Source: Abditibacterium sp. (lineage in GTDB: Bacteria > Armatimonadota > Abditibacteriia > Abditibacteriales > Abditibacteriaceae). From it: a stretch of 64,000 nt of DNA. The first letter of the stretch is position 1. Every line of letters starts with the position of its first letter. The stretch is from the NCBI GenBank assembly GCA_965199495.1, contig CBDASK010000003.1:3456001-3520000 (forward strand), given 5' to 3'. The translations under genes and the position numbers were made by a program. The notes beneath the pieces are model-generated. The model was not told where the DNA came from, made no database searches, and saw nothing but the letters and a program-made list of their open reading frames with translations. Shown piece by piece: positions 10,091 through 18,378 of the stretch.

Positions 10091-10188
10091 CGTAGAGACA
10101 CCGACTTGTCGTGTCTAAAATGTTGTGATTGCAGCCAACAATCTCGGTTTCATTAACGTTTTAGACACGACAAGTCGGTGTCTCTACG
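10091..10188. repeat. GTAG-type REPIN, family A
   Basis: CGTAGAGACACCGACTTGTCGTGTCTAAAA ... TTTTAGACACGACAAGTCGGTGTCTCTACG, a perfect 30-bp inverted repeat. Confidence 0.85.
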
Positions 10189-10209
10189 AGAAAGAAATCT
10201 AATTTAGAT

Positions 10210-11139
10210 ATGAAAACTTTAACGATGGGCACGCGCGGCAGCGCTTTAGCTTTGGCGCAGGCGCGCGGGTTCGCGCGCGATTTGGAAGCGTTGCATCCCG
10301 ACCTCAAAGTCGAGGAGCGCATTATTCGCACGACGGGCGACAAGCAGCAAGGCCAACCGTTGCCCGAAATCGGTGGCAAAGGCGTGTTCACGCTTGAAAT
10401 CGAGGACGCATTGCTCAACGGTTCGATTGACTTCGCGGTTCACTCGCTCAAAGATTTGCCGCCGACGATGCCCGAAGGTTTGGTTTTGGCGTGCGTGCCT
10501 CTGCGCGAAAGTCCCGCCGATGCGCTGATTTTGCGCTCGGACTCTGAAACTTGGGAAAGCGCCAATGCCGAATTGCCCGAACTGCCGATGGGCGCGCGCG
10601 TCGGCACATCGAGTCTGCGCCGCGCCGCAATGTTGCGGCATATTCGGCCCGATTTGGTCATTGAAAGTGTGCGCGGCAACGTCGAAACGCGTTTGATGAA
10701 ACTCGAAACGCAGGGCTTTCACGCGATTGTTCTGGCGCGCGCCGGTTTGCGGCGCTTGGAAGTTGAAGGCGCGGACGCGCGCAATTTGCCGGAAAGTTGG
10801 TTTATTCCCGCGCCCGGTCAAGGCGCTTTAGCGATTCAAAGTCGCATTGATGATGTGAATACGCGCGCGATTTTGCTGGGCCTCGAAGACGCAGCCACGC
10901 GCGCCGCCATCGAAGCCGAACGCGCGATTGTCAGCGAATTGAACGCCGGATGTTCGACGCCTTTGGGCGCTCTGGCGCGCGCTTATGGCGATGCGCTTTC
11001 GATTAACGCCGCCGTTTTGTCGCCCGACGGAACGCGCCGCATTTCGGTCAACGTGCAGGGTAGCGGCGCGCCCGAAATCATCGGCAAACGCGCGGCGCAA
11101 TCGTTGATGGATAAGGGCGCGCTCGAATTGTTGGTTTGA
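10210..11139 (+). CDS. hemC: Hydroxymethylbilane synthase
   Basis: GTRGSALALAQ, GGKGVF, AVHSLKD, GTSSLRR, RGNV.TRL, AGCSTP. Confidence 0.97.
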   Translation: MKTLTMGTRGSALALAQARGFARDLEALHPDLKVEERIIRTTGDKQQGQPLPEIGGKGVFTLEIEDALLNGSIDFAVHSLKDLPPTMPEGLVLACVPLRESPADALILRSDSETWESANAELPELPMGARVGTSSLRRAAMLRHIRPDLVIESVRGNVETRLMKLETQGFHAIVLARAGLRRLEVEGADARNLPESWFIPAPGQGALAIQSRIDDVNTRAILLGLEDAATRAAIEAERAIVSELNAGCSTPLGALARAYGDALSINAAVLSPDGTRRISVNVQGSGAPEIIGKRAAQSLMDKGALELLV

Positions 11140-11163
11140 AATAATCGGGAAAATCCCTGTTTT

Positions 11164-11292
11164 CAAGCGAATAAATTCGCGGCAACATAGAGCAAAGTCC
11201 GCCTGCGCGGACTAAAATTCTTACCTTGAAAGATTCGCCCGCAGTCCGCGCAGGCGGACTTTGCTCTATGTTGCCGCGAATTTATTCGCTTG
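11164..11292. repeat. Long intergenic palindrome, family C
   Basis: CAAGCGAATAAATTCGCGGCAACATAGAGCAAAGTCCGCCTGCGCGGACT and its reverse complement, about 50-bp arms. Confidence 0.8.
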
Positions 11293-11311
11293 GACGTGCA
11301 ACCTATCCCTT

Positions 11312-12799
11312 ATGTCTTCTCTCGTTTCTCTCGTCGGCGCTGGCCCCGGCGATCCCGGACTTCTCACCCGTCGCGGTTTGCAACGCCTGCAAACCTGCGA
11401 TGTTTTAATCTACGACGCCCTCGTCGGCGCCGAATTGCCGACATTGGCGCGCGCCGATGCCGAATTGATTTACGTCGGCAAACGCGCCGGGCATCATTCG
11501 ATGACGCAGGAAGAAATCAACGAAGTCATTGTTAAACACGCGCGCGACGGCAAAACCGTGTGCCGCCTTAAAGGCGGCGATCCGTTCGTCTTCGGGCGCG
11601 GCGGCGAAGAAGCCTTGTTTTGTCGCGAAAACGATGTTCCGTTCGAGATCGTGCCCGGCGTGACTTCTTCGATTGCCGCGCCCGCTTACGCTGGAATTCC
11701 CGTCACGCACCGCGACGTGGCGGCCTCGTTCGCCGTGGTGACTGGACACACCGCCAGTGACGACGCGCCGCCCGAAAAATTCCCCGTCGCCGATACGCTC
11801 GTGTTTTTGATGGGCGTGCGCGCCCTACCAAAAATCGTGGAGCGACTCAAAGAGCGCGGCGAAAGCGACGACAAACCGGTCGCGCTCGTGCGCTGGGGCA
11901 CGACGACCGAGCAGCAAACCGTCGTCGGAACTTTGGCGACAATCGAAAGCGAGGTCGAAAAAGCGGGACTCAAATCGCCCGCGCTCATCGTCGTCGGCGA
12001 TGTCGTGAATCTGCGCGACAAATTAAAATGGTTTGACCAGCGTCCGTTGTGGGGCCAAACCGTCGTCGTGACTCGCTCGCGCGAGCAGGCGTCGAGTTTG
12101 GTCGAAAATCTGGAACAGATGGGCGCGCGCGTGTTGCAGTGCCCGACAATTCACGTCGAACCGTTGCCGTTGACGCCCGAATTAGATATTCAAATCGCGG
12201 GGTTGGCGCGCTACAATTGGATCGTCTTTACTTCGACCAACGGCGTCGAAATGTTGTGGCGCCACTTGGACGAACGCCGCCTGGACGCGCGCATTTTCGG
12301 CTCGGCGCAAATCGCGGCGATTGGCCCGGCGACGGTCGCGGCGCTGAATACGCGCGGCATTAAACCCGATTTCGTGCCGGAAAGTTCGGTTTCGGAAAGC
12401 GTGGCGCAAGGCTTAATCGAACGCGGCGCCGATGCGGGCAAAACGCTCATCGTGCGCGCGCTCGAAACGCGCGAAGTCATCGAAACCGGGTTGCGCGAGG
12501 CGGGCGGCGATGTCGAAGCCGCGCCGGTTTATCGCACGTTGCCCGATTTATCGAACGTCGAAGCGACGCGCGCCGCTATCGAAAATGGCGAAGTCAATTG
12601 GGTTTCGTTTACTTCGAGTTCGACGGTGAAAAACTTCGTCGAAGCGTTGGGCGCCGATTTCGTCAAAGCCAATCGCGATAAATTTCGTGTCGCGGTCATT
12701 GGGCCGATTACGGCAAACAGCGCGCGCGAATATGGATTAACGCCCGATGTCGAAGCGGGGGCGGCGAGCGTCGAAGCGTTGGCGAGCGCATTGGTTTAA
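11312..12799 (+). CDS. cobA: Fused uroporphyrinogen-III C-methyltransferase / uroporphyrinogen-III synthase (CobA-HemD)
   Basis: LVGAGPGDPGLLT, RLKGGDPFVFGRGGEE; C-terminal half with VVTRS, FTS.NGV, AIGP.T and FTSSSTV. Confidence 0.93.
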   Translation: MSSLVSLVGAGPGDPGLLTRRGLQRLQTCDVLIYDALVGAELPTLARADAELIYVGKRAGHHSMTQEEINEVIVKHARDGKTVCRLKGGDPFVFGRGGEEALFCRENDVPFEIVPGVTSSIAAPAYAGIPVTHRDVAASFAVVTGHTASDDAPPEKFPVADTLVFLMGVRALPKIVERLKERGESDDKPVALVRWGTTTEQQTVVGTLATIESEVEKAGLKSPALIVVGDVVNLRDKLKWFDQRPLWGQTVVVTRSREQASSLVENLEQMGARVLQCPTIHVEPLPLTPELDIQIAGLARYNWIVFTSTNGVEMLWRHLDERRLDARIFGSAQIAAIGPATVAALNTRGIKPDFVPESSVSESVAQGLIERGADAGKTLIVRALETREVIETGLREAGGDVEAAPVYRTLPDLSNVEATRAAIENGEVNWVSFTSSSTVKNFVEALGADFVKANRDKFRVAVIGPITANSAREYGLTPDVEAGAASVEALASALV

Positions 12800-12807
12800 T
12801 CCGCAAT

Positions 12808-13422
12808 TCAACCCGGCAACGATTCATCGCGGTCAAACGGCAACGCTTCGTGCGGCGGCATTTCGTCGTCGGGAAACTGCTCGGCCCAATCGGCGCGCTC
12901 GGCTTCGTCGGCGTAATAGCGATTGTAGATAATCATTTCTTTCTCGCCGTAGCTGCCGATGGGCGAGGCGTGCCAGACCATGCCGGGCGTGTAATTCTCG
13001 CGTTGATGGAAATAATCGTCGCGCAGCCAGACATATAATTCGCGGTCGCTGAGGTGGTCGGTGTTTTCGTAGACCGCGCCGTTTTCGGCGCTCCAACGAA
13101 TGATTTCCCACAACTTCTCGTGCAATTGCGCATCGTCCAATTCGCTATCGTCGGGCATCGTGAGTGCGGCCACGGCGAGCTTGTCGTGCAATGTGGTGAG
13201 CGGCGCGCGCTCGAAAGCGACGACGTTTTCCCAGAACTCTTCCAAAATTTCACTGGGCGCATCGCTCGATTCGGATAGTGACATTTGGCCGCCCGTTAAT
13301 TCGTTCGCCTCGTTTTGGAGGCGATTAATGTTCATGCGACGTTCGGTTTCTTCGTGATTGAGTTCATCGGCGAACGGGTCGGTGTCGTCGAAATCGTCGG
13401 CGGGCAGGGGACTTTTGGGCAT
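12808..13422 (-). CDS. Hypothetical acidic protein
   Basis: 204-aa ORF with host-like codons, TDHLSDRELY and FDRD..LP segments. Confidence 0.7.
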   Translation of the reverse strand: MPKSPLPADDFDDTDPFADELNHEETERRMNINRLQNEANELTGGQMSLSESSDAPSEILEEFWENVVAFERAPLTTLHDKLAVAALTMPDDSELDDAQLHEKLWEIIRWSAENGAVYENTDHLSDRELYVWLRDDYFHQRENYTPGMVWHASPIGSYGEKEMIIYNRYYADEAERADWAEQFPDDEMPPHEALPFDRDESLPG

Positions 13423-13483
13423 CGTCGCAGTTTATATTCTGTCGAAGCCGACGGCGATTACGGGTGGTTTGCAAATTCAAAAG

Positions 13484-13520
13484 AAAAAGGCCCGTGCTTT
13501 ATAATCAGACGGGCCTTTTT
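13484..13520. terminator. Intrinsic terminator, bidirectional form
   Basis: AAAAAGGCCCGT...ACGGGCCTTTTT just past the dienelactone hydrolase stop. Confidence 0.65.
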
Positions 13521-13537
13521 CTCTTTTGGGGATCACC

Positions 13538-14320
13538 TTAAAATATCTCGCCAAAAAACGATTTCATGCGCGCCCACGAGCGCGCGTCGGCTTGCGCGTT
13601 GTAGGCGGCGCCGGTCGAATTGTCGTTGCCCGCGTCTTTCTCGGTGAACGAGTGAACTGTATCGCCATACAAATCGACTTCGTAATTGACTTTGGCGGCC
13701 TTCATTTCGGCCATCAACGCCAAAACATCTTTCATCGGCGAAAACGGATCGTCGGCGCCGTGCAACACCAAAACTTTGCCCTTGATGTTTTTGGCATCGG
13801 CGGGCGTTGGCGTGTCGAGGGAACCGTGAAATGTGACGAAACCCTTTAAATCGGCGCCGCTCCGTGCCAGTTCGAGCGCCGTGCCGCCGCCGAAACAATA
13901 ACCAATTATCGCCAATTTATGCACGTCAACATTGGGCTGTTTGCGCAGTTCGATGACCGCCGCCCGCGCGCGATTGCGCAAAAGCGGGCGATTCGCTTTG
14001 TATTGGCCCGCCAATTTACCAGCTTCCGTTGTGTTCTTCGGACGCACGCCTTTGCCATAAATATCGAGGGCAAACGCGACATAACCCATTTTGGCGAGCA
14101 TGCGGGCGCGTTCTTTTTCGTAGTCGGTCAGGCCGAGCCATTGGTGCGCGACCAAAACGCCGGGACGCTTACCCTGAAAGGAATCGTCGTAAGCCAGATA
14201 ACCTTCGAGCGTTTTGCCGCCCTGTTTGTAATCCACATTTTTCGTGATCATTTTGGCGTGAGCCGTCGCCGTGGCTGCCGTGAAGACAACAGCGAGAGCG
14301 AGTAGGGGTTTCAATTTCAT
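13538..14320 (-). CDS. Dienelactone hydrolase family protein, exported
   Basis: GYCFGG nucleophile elbow, HGADDP, HSFT, signal peptide. Confidence 0.92.
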   Translation of the reverse strand: MKLKPLLALAVVFTAATATAHAKMITKNVDYKQGGKTLEGYLAYDDSFQGKRPGVLVAHQWLGLTDYEKERARMLAKMGYVAFALDIYGKGVRPKNTTEAGKLAGQYKANRPLLRNRARAAVIELRKQPNVDVHKLAIIGYCFGGGTALELARSGADLKGFVTFHGSLDTPTPADAKNIKGKVLVLHGADDPFSPMKDVLALMAEMKAAKVNYEVDLYGDTVHSFTEKDAGNDNSTGAAYNAQADARSWARMKSFFGEIF

Positions 14321-14426
14321 CGCGCGGATGTGGGGCAATTTAAACGCCGTTGTATTCGCTATTTCTGGCGCACCAAAATCAAGTGCGCGTGCGCGAGAGG
14401 GGCGATTTATCTCAAACTAAGCTGCG

Positions 14427-15629
14427 ATGCTCTATCCACTCAAGTTTGCGCCCGCGCTGAAGTTTTATCCCTATGGCGGACGCCGTTTTGTTGAAGTCCT
14501 CGAACTCGATTTGCCGCGCGACCGCGACATCGCCGAATCGTGGGAAATCGCCGACCGAGGCGAAGACCAATCCACCGTCGTCAACGGCCCCTTGGCCGGA
14601 CAATCGGTGCGCGATCTGATGAACAGCCACGGCGCCGAACTGGTCGGCGGCGAAGTTCACGCGCGCTATGGCGATTATTTCCCGCTTTTGATTAAATTTC
14701 TCGATTGCGACAAGCGTTTGCCCGCGCATATGCACCCGTCCGACACGACGGCGCTGGCGCTGGGCATGAAAGATTGCGGCAAATCCGAGGCATGGTATAT
14801 GGTGCGCAGCGACGCCGGAGCGTTCGCTTATTGCGGTGCCAAACCCGGTTTGACGCCCGAAAAATTCGCGCAAGCCATTACCGATGGCGATACCTACGAT
14901 GCGGTAATGAAGAAAATTCCGACGCGCACCGGCGATTGTTATTTCGTGCCGCCCCAACGTTTGCACGGTTTGGACGGCGGCAATTTGGCTTTTGAAGTTC
15001 AGCAAAACTCCGACGCTGGTTTCGGCTGGGATTGGGCCGGGTTTGTCGAAGCTGGCGTTGTTACAGCCGAAGACGCCGAGCGCCATAAAAAATTGGCTGT
15101 CGAATACGCCTTATACGAAGACGGCATTCAGGAACAGACGCGCCAAGTCACGCTCGAAGACGGCGGCAACGAGCGCACGTTTTGTTGCGCTTGTCGCTAT
15201 TTTGTGCTGGAAAACATGAAAATTCGCGGCAACACGCAATTCACCGACGCGCAAAATCGCTTCAACACTTTCACGCTGATTAACGGCGCGGCCACGATTA
15301 GCGGCGGCGGCGAAACCGTGTTCGCCAAACGCGGCGAAAGTTTGATTATCCCGGCGAACGTCGAAATCGAAATCGCGCCGAACTCGTTGACCAACGCGGG
15401 CGAAGTCGAAATTTTGCGCTGTTACGTGCCCGATTTGCAACGCGATGTCGTGGATTTCCTGCGCCACTCGAACGTGTCGGACAAAGAAATCGCGTGGCTG
15501 GGTTCGTATGGCGTGGGCAACGATTTGTTGCCTCTGCTCGATTTGCCGCAGGATTTGTTCAACACCGATATGGCGGAGCGTCACGAAGCCGCGCTCGAAC
15601 ACAAAGCCTCGCGCGACGAGACTTCGTAA
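14427..15629 (+). CDS. Class I mannose-6-phosphate isomerase family protein
   Basis: AESWE, FPLLIKFLD, HMHP, GKSEAWY, LHG and EVQQNSD cupin motifs. Confidence 0.85.
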   Translation: MLYPLKFAPALKFYPYGGRRFVEVLELDLPRDRDIAESWEIADRGEDQSTVVNGPLAGQSVRDLMNSHGAELVGGEVHARYGDYFPLLIKFLDCDKRLPAHMHPSDTTALALGMKDCGKSEAWYMVRSDAGAFAYCGAKPGLTPEKFAQAITDGDTYDAVMKKIPTRTGDCYFVPPQRLHGLDGGNLAFEVQQNSDAGFGWDWAGFVEAGVVTAEDAERHKKLAVEYALYEDGIQEQTRQVTLEDGGNERTFCCACRYFVLENMKIRGNTQFTDAQNRFNTFTLINGAATISGGGETVFAKRGESLIIPANVEIEIAPNSLTNAGEVEILRCYVPDLQRDVVDFLRHSNVSDKEIAWLGSYGVGNDLLPLLDLPQDLFNTDMAERHEAALEHKASRDETS

Positions 15630-15634
15630 ATTAA

Positions 15635-15733
15635 CCGTAGAGACGCCGATTTATCGCGTCTAAAACCTAAGAGTTGCCACTATAATGAAAGCAGCTTCAA
15701 CGTTTTAGACGCGATAAATCGGCGTCTCTACGG
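15635..15733. repeat. GTAG-type REPIN, family A variant
   Basis: CCGTAGAGACGCCGATTTATCGCGTCTAAAAC ... GTTTTAGACGCGATAAATCGGCGTCTCTACGG. Confidence 0.85.
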
Positions 15734-15745
15734 GAGTTGAAAACA

Positions 15746-16573
15746 ATGAACTCCATTCACTTTGCCCTCGCCCTAATGGCAGCCACGGCGCCACTGGTTA
15801 CGCCCGCCGTGGCTGCACCTTCGACCGATACCATCGCCGCCAAAGGCGCGCCGATTGTTGTGACCGCGCTCGTTCACGCCTCGACGCTGCTGCAATACGG
15901 CCCGCTCACGATTTACGTTGATCCGGTCGCTGGCCCAACTTACACACGCAAAGCCGACGCGATTCTCATTACGCATTCGCATCCCGACCATCTCGATTTG
16001 GCGACGATTCGTAAAGTTCTCAAACCCGGCGGCGTTTTGATCGGTTCGCGCGGAACCGCCGATCAATTGGGACAAGTCACGGGCGCCGACCGGCGGATTC
16101 TGGGTTATTATCAGGGCACAAATTTTAGCTACGCAGGGCGTCTGGCCGGTTTCAATCCGGGCCAAGTCAAAGTGCGCGCCGTGCCCGCTTACAACATCGT
16201 GCGCGGACCGAAGCAGGGCCAGAAGTATCATCCGAAATATATTTTCGATGGCTACGTTTTAACGATGGGCGGCAAGCACATTTACTTCGCGGGCGATACC
16301 GAAAACACGCCCGAAATGCGCGATTTAAAGGATATTGACGCCGCGTTTTTGCCGATGAATTTGCCTTACACCATGACGCCCGACGAAGCAGCCACGGCGG
16401 CTAAGGCGTTTCGGCCAAAAGTGGTTTATCCCTATCATTTTCGCTATCCGTTCGATAAGCCAAGCGGCAACGCCGAGAAATTCGCCGCCGATATGAAAGG
16501 TTCGGGGGTTCAAGTCAAGATTTTGGATTGGTATCCGCGCGCCGCCGTCGCGAAGATGATGAATAAAAAATGA
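15746..16573 (+). CDS. MBL-fold metallo-hydrolase, exported
   Basis: THSHPDH, YFAGDT, LPMNLPYTM, YPYH, signal peptide. Confidence 0.88.
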   Translation: MNSIHFALALMAATAPLVTPAVAAPSTDTIAAKGAPIVVTALVHASTLLQYGPLTIYVDPVAGPTYTRKADAILITHSHPDHLDLATIRKVLKPGGVLIGSRGTADQLGQVTGADRRILGYYQGTNFSYAGRLAGFNPGQVKVRAVPAYNIVRGPKQGQKYHPKYIFDGYVLTMGGKHIYFAGDTENTPEMRDLKDIDAAFLPMNLPYTMTPDEAATAAKAFRPKVVYPYHFRYPFDKPSGNAEKFAADMKGSGVQVKILDWYPRAAVAKMMNKK

Positions 16574-16577
16574 GAAT

Positions 16578-16913
16578 TTATTTCTCGTTTTTCAATTCGA
16601 TGACGATGTTGCGATAGAAATTATCGCCGACGTTGACCAGACGATTATGTACGATACCTTCGCCCGCTTCGTGAAAAACGACTAAACCATCGTCGTATTG
16701 CACGGCGCGGTCGTGTTCGGGCTGACCCGGCACAATGTGTTTGAGCGAGCCGCCATCGGTGACGACAAAGAGAAAATCGTCGCGGTGAATATGCTTTTCC
16801 AAGAATTCGCCCGGTTGCAGCGCCAAATCCCACACGCGCACGCGGTCGTTCTCGAAGAGTAGGCGCGTGCCCACGTTTTGGGTGGGAGCGATGTCAGGGT
16901 TTGGCGATTCCAT
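16578..16913 (-). CDS. Cupin domain protein
   Basis: GTRLLFENDRVRVW, HIH, H.LVNVG..IVIELK. Confidence 0.8.
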   Translation of the reverse strand: MESPNPDIAPTQNVGTRLLFENDRVRVWDLALQPGEFLEKHIHRDDFLFVVTDGGSLKHIVPGQPEHDRAVQYDDGLVVFHEAGEGIVHNRLVNVGDNFYRNIVIELKNEK

Positions 16914-17050
16914 TGGTTGTAAAATTAGCTGCTCCGAGACAATCGTTTGTTCAATTGGCCGGAATGATGAAAGTGAAAAGAAGTCGCAACACGAACGGGG
17001 GAAATGCGAGTGGCCGGTGAACTTTTGGGTTCACCGGCCAACTGGAAAAT

Positions 17051-17124
17051 TGCCTGCGAGAGGACTCGAACCTCCAACATCCTGATCCTAAATCAGACGC
17101 CTCTGCCAATTGGGCCACACAGGC
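17051..17124 (-). tRNA. tRNA-Leu (anticodon UAG), 74 nt, short variable loop, CCA not encoded
   Basis: GCCTGTG TG GCC CAATTGGCAGA GGC G TCTGA TTTAGGA TCAGG ATGTT GGAGG TTCGAGT CCTCT CGCAGGC A folds as a cloverleaf with discriminator A. Confidence 0.9.
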
Positions 17125-17206
17125 AAACGTTTTGAAAAACGCTTGAAACCGTAGTATAGAAAATTTGTTTGCCCTCGGTTTGGGCGCATCTGCCACACTA
17201 AAAAAT

Positions 17207-18367
17207 ATGGAAGCCTCCGAACTTATTCCCGCTTTGCGCCCGTTGCTGCATCCCGGAGCGCGCATTTTATTGATGGGCGCGCCCGCCGAAGAACGGTCGG
17301 GTCTCAAGTGGGGCAAGGCCGTGCGTCCGCTCGCCCGCTTGGGCGAAATCGCGCGCGAATGCGGTTTTGTCGTCGAGGAATCGGTGCAATATACCGACAT
17401 CGCCGGAGAAATTCCCGAAGTCATCGTGTTCGATGGCGCCGCGCTTTTGGCTTCCGCCAGAGAAGACAAAGCGGGCCAAAACGGACATTCGACGCCCTTT
17501 GCGATTGTTGATCTGGATAGCGTGCGCGAACTGCACGCCATGCCGCTACTCAACGAAGTCACCTTTGTCGCGACGATTTCCGAGCGCATGACGAGCCACG
17601 AAACGGCGCAATTGGAAGGCGCGGGCGTGGGCGCGTTTTTGAGCGCCGAGGCTTCAACTGTTGAAGTGGCGAGTTGTCTGCAAAGCGTGACGCAACTCAG
17701 CCGCGCGCGCGCCGAAATCGCCGACTTGCGCGCACAAATCGCGCGTTCGTTGCGCGTTGACGACATCACCGGCGTCATGACACGGCGTTTCTTTTTTCAG
17801 CAAGCCTATCGCGAGTGCGCCCGCGCGCGGCGCTACGGTCATCCGCTTTCGTGTTTGATGGTCGAAGTGGATCATTATCGTATGTTGTGCGCGCGCTTTG
17901 CCGACTCGACGGGCGAAAGCGTTTTGCGCAGTGTCGCCACCGTTATCGGCCAGTGGACGCGCGATTCCGACATTATCGCGCGCTTTGCCGAATCGAAATT
18001 TATCGTGCTTTTGCCCGAAACCGACATCGCGGGCGCCACTTCGGCGCGCGAGAAAGTGTTGAGCGCGCTCGCCAACTACCCGTGGAACAAGGGCGACGAA
18101 GAATTGCCGGTTTCGGTTTCGGTGGGCGAAGCGCAGTTGGAACGCATCGCGCCTTCGCGCCCCAATGACGAAGATGCGTCCGAAAGCGACGACATGGGCG
18201 AAACCGCGCTTTCGACGCGCGAAGCGATGGCCGGACTTTTGGAAGACGCCGATGCCGCGCTCTTTATCGCGCGCAAAGGCGCGCGCGTGCCCGACGTTTT
18301 GGTGCCGCAAATGATCGTCGAAAACCAGACGCTTCCCTTGAATAATGCGAACTCATTGGGCGCTTGA
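17207..18367 (+). CDS. GGDEF-domain protein with degenerate active site
   Basis: DDITG..TRR, LMVEVDHYR, RDSD (I-site), ARFAESKF in place of GGDEF, ADAALF.A. Confidence 0.8.
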   Translation: MEASELIPALRPLLHPGARILLMGAPAEERSGLKWGKAVRPLARLGEIARECGFVVEESVQYTDIAGEIPEVIVFDGAALLASAREDKAGQNGHSTPFAIVDLDSVRELHAMPLLNEVTFVATISERMTSHETAQLEGAGVGAFLSAEASTVEVASCLQSVTQLSRARAEIADLRAQIARSLRVDDITGVMTRRFFFQQAYRECARARRYGHPLSCLMVEVDHYRMLCARFADSTGESVLRSVATVIGQWTRDSDIIARFAESKFIVLLPETDIAGATSAREKVLSALANYPWNKGDEELPVSVSVGEAQLERIAPSRPNDEDASESDDMGETALSTREAMAGLLEDADAALFIARKGARVPDVLVPQMIVENQTLPLNNANSLGA

Positions 18368-18378
18368 AATCCAACGCT

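Noticed and set aside
17011..17124. tRNA considered as an integration site for a genomic island
   Set aside because: No integrase and no duplicated tRNA 3' end seen in the window.
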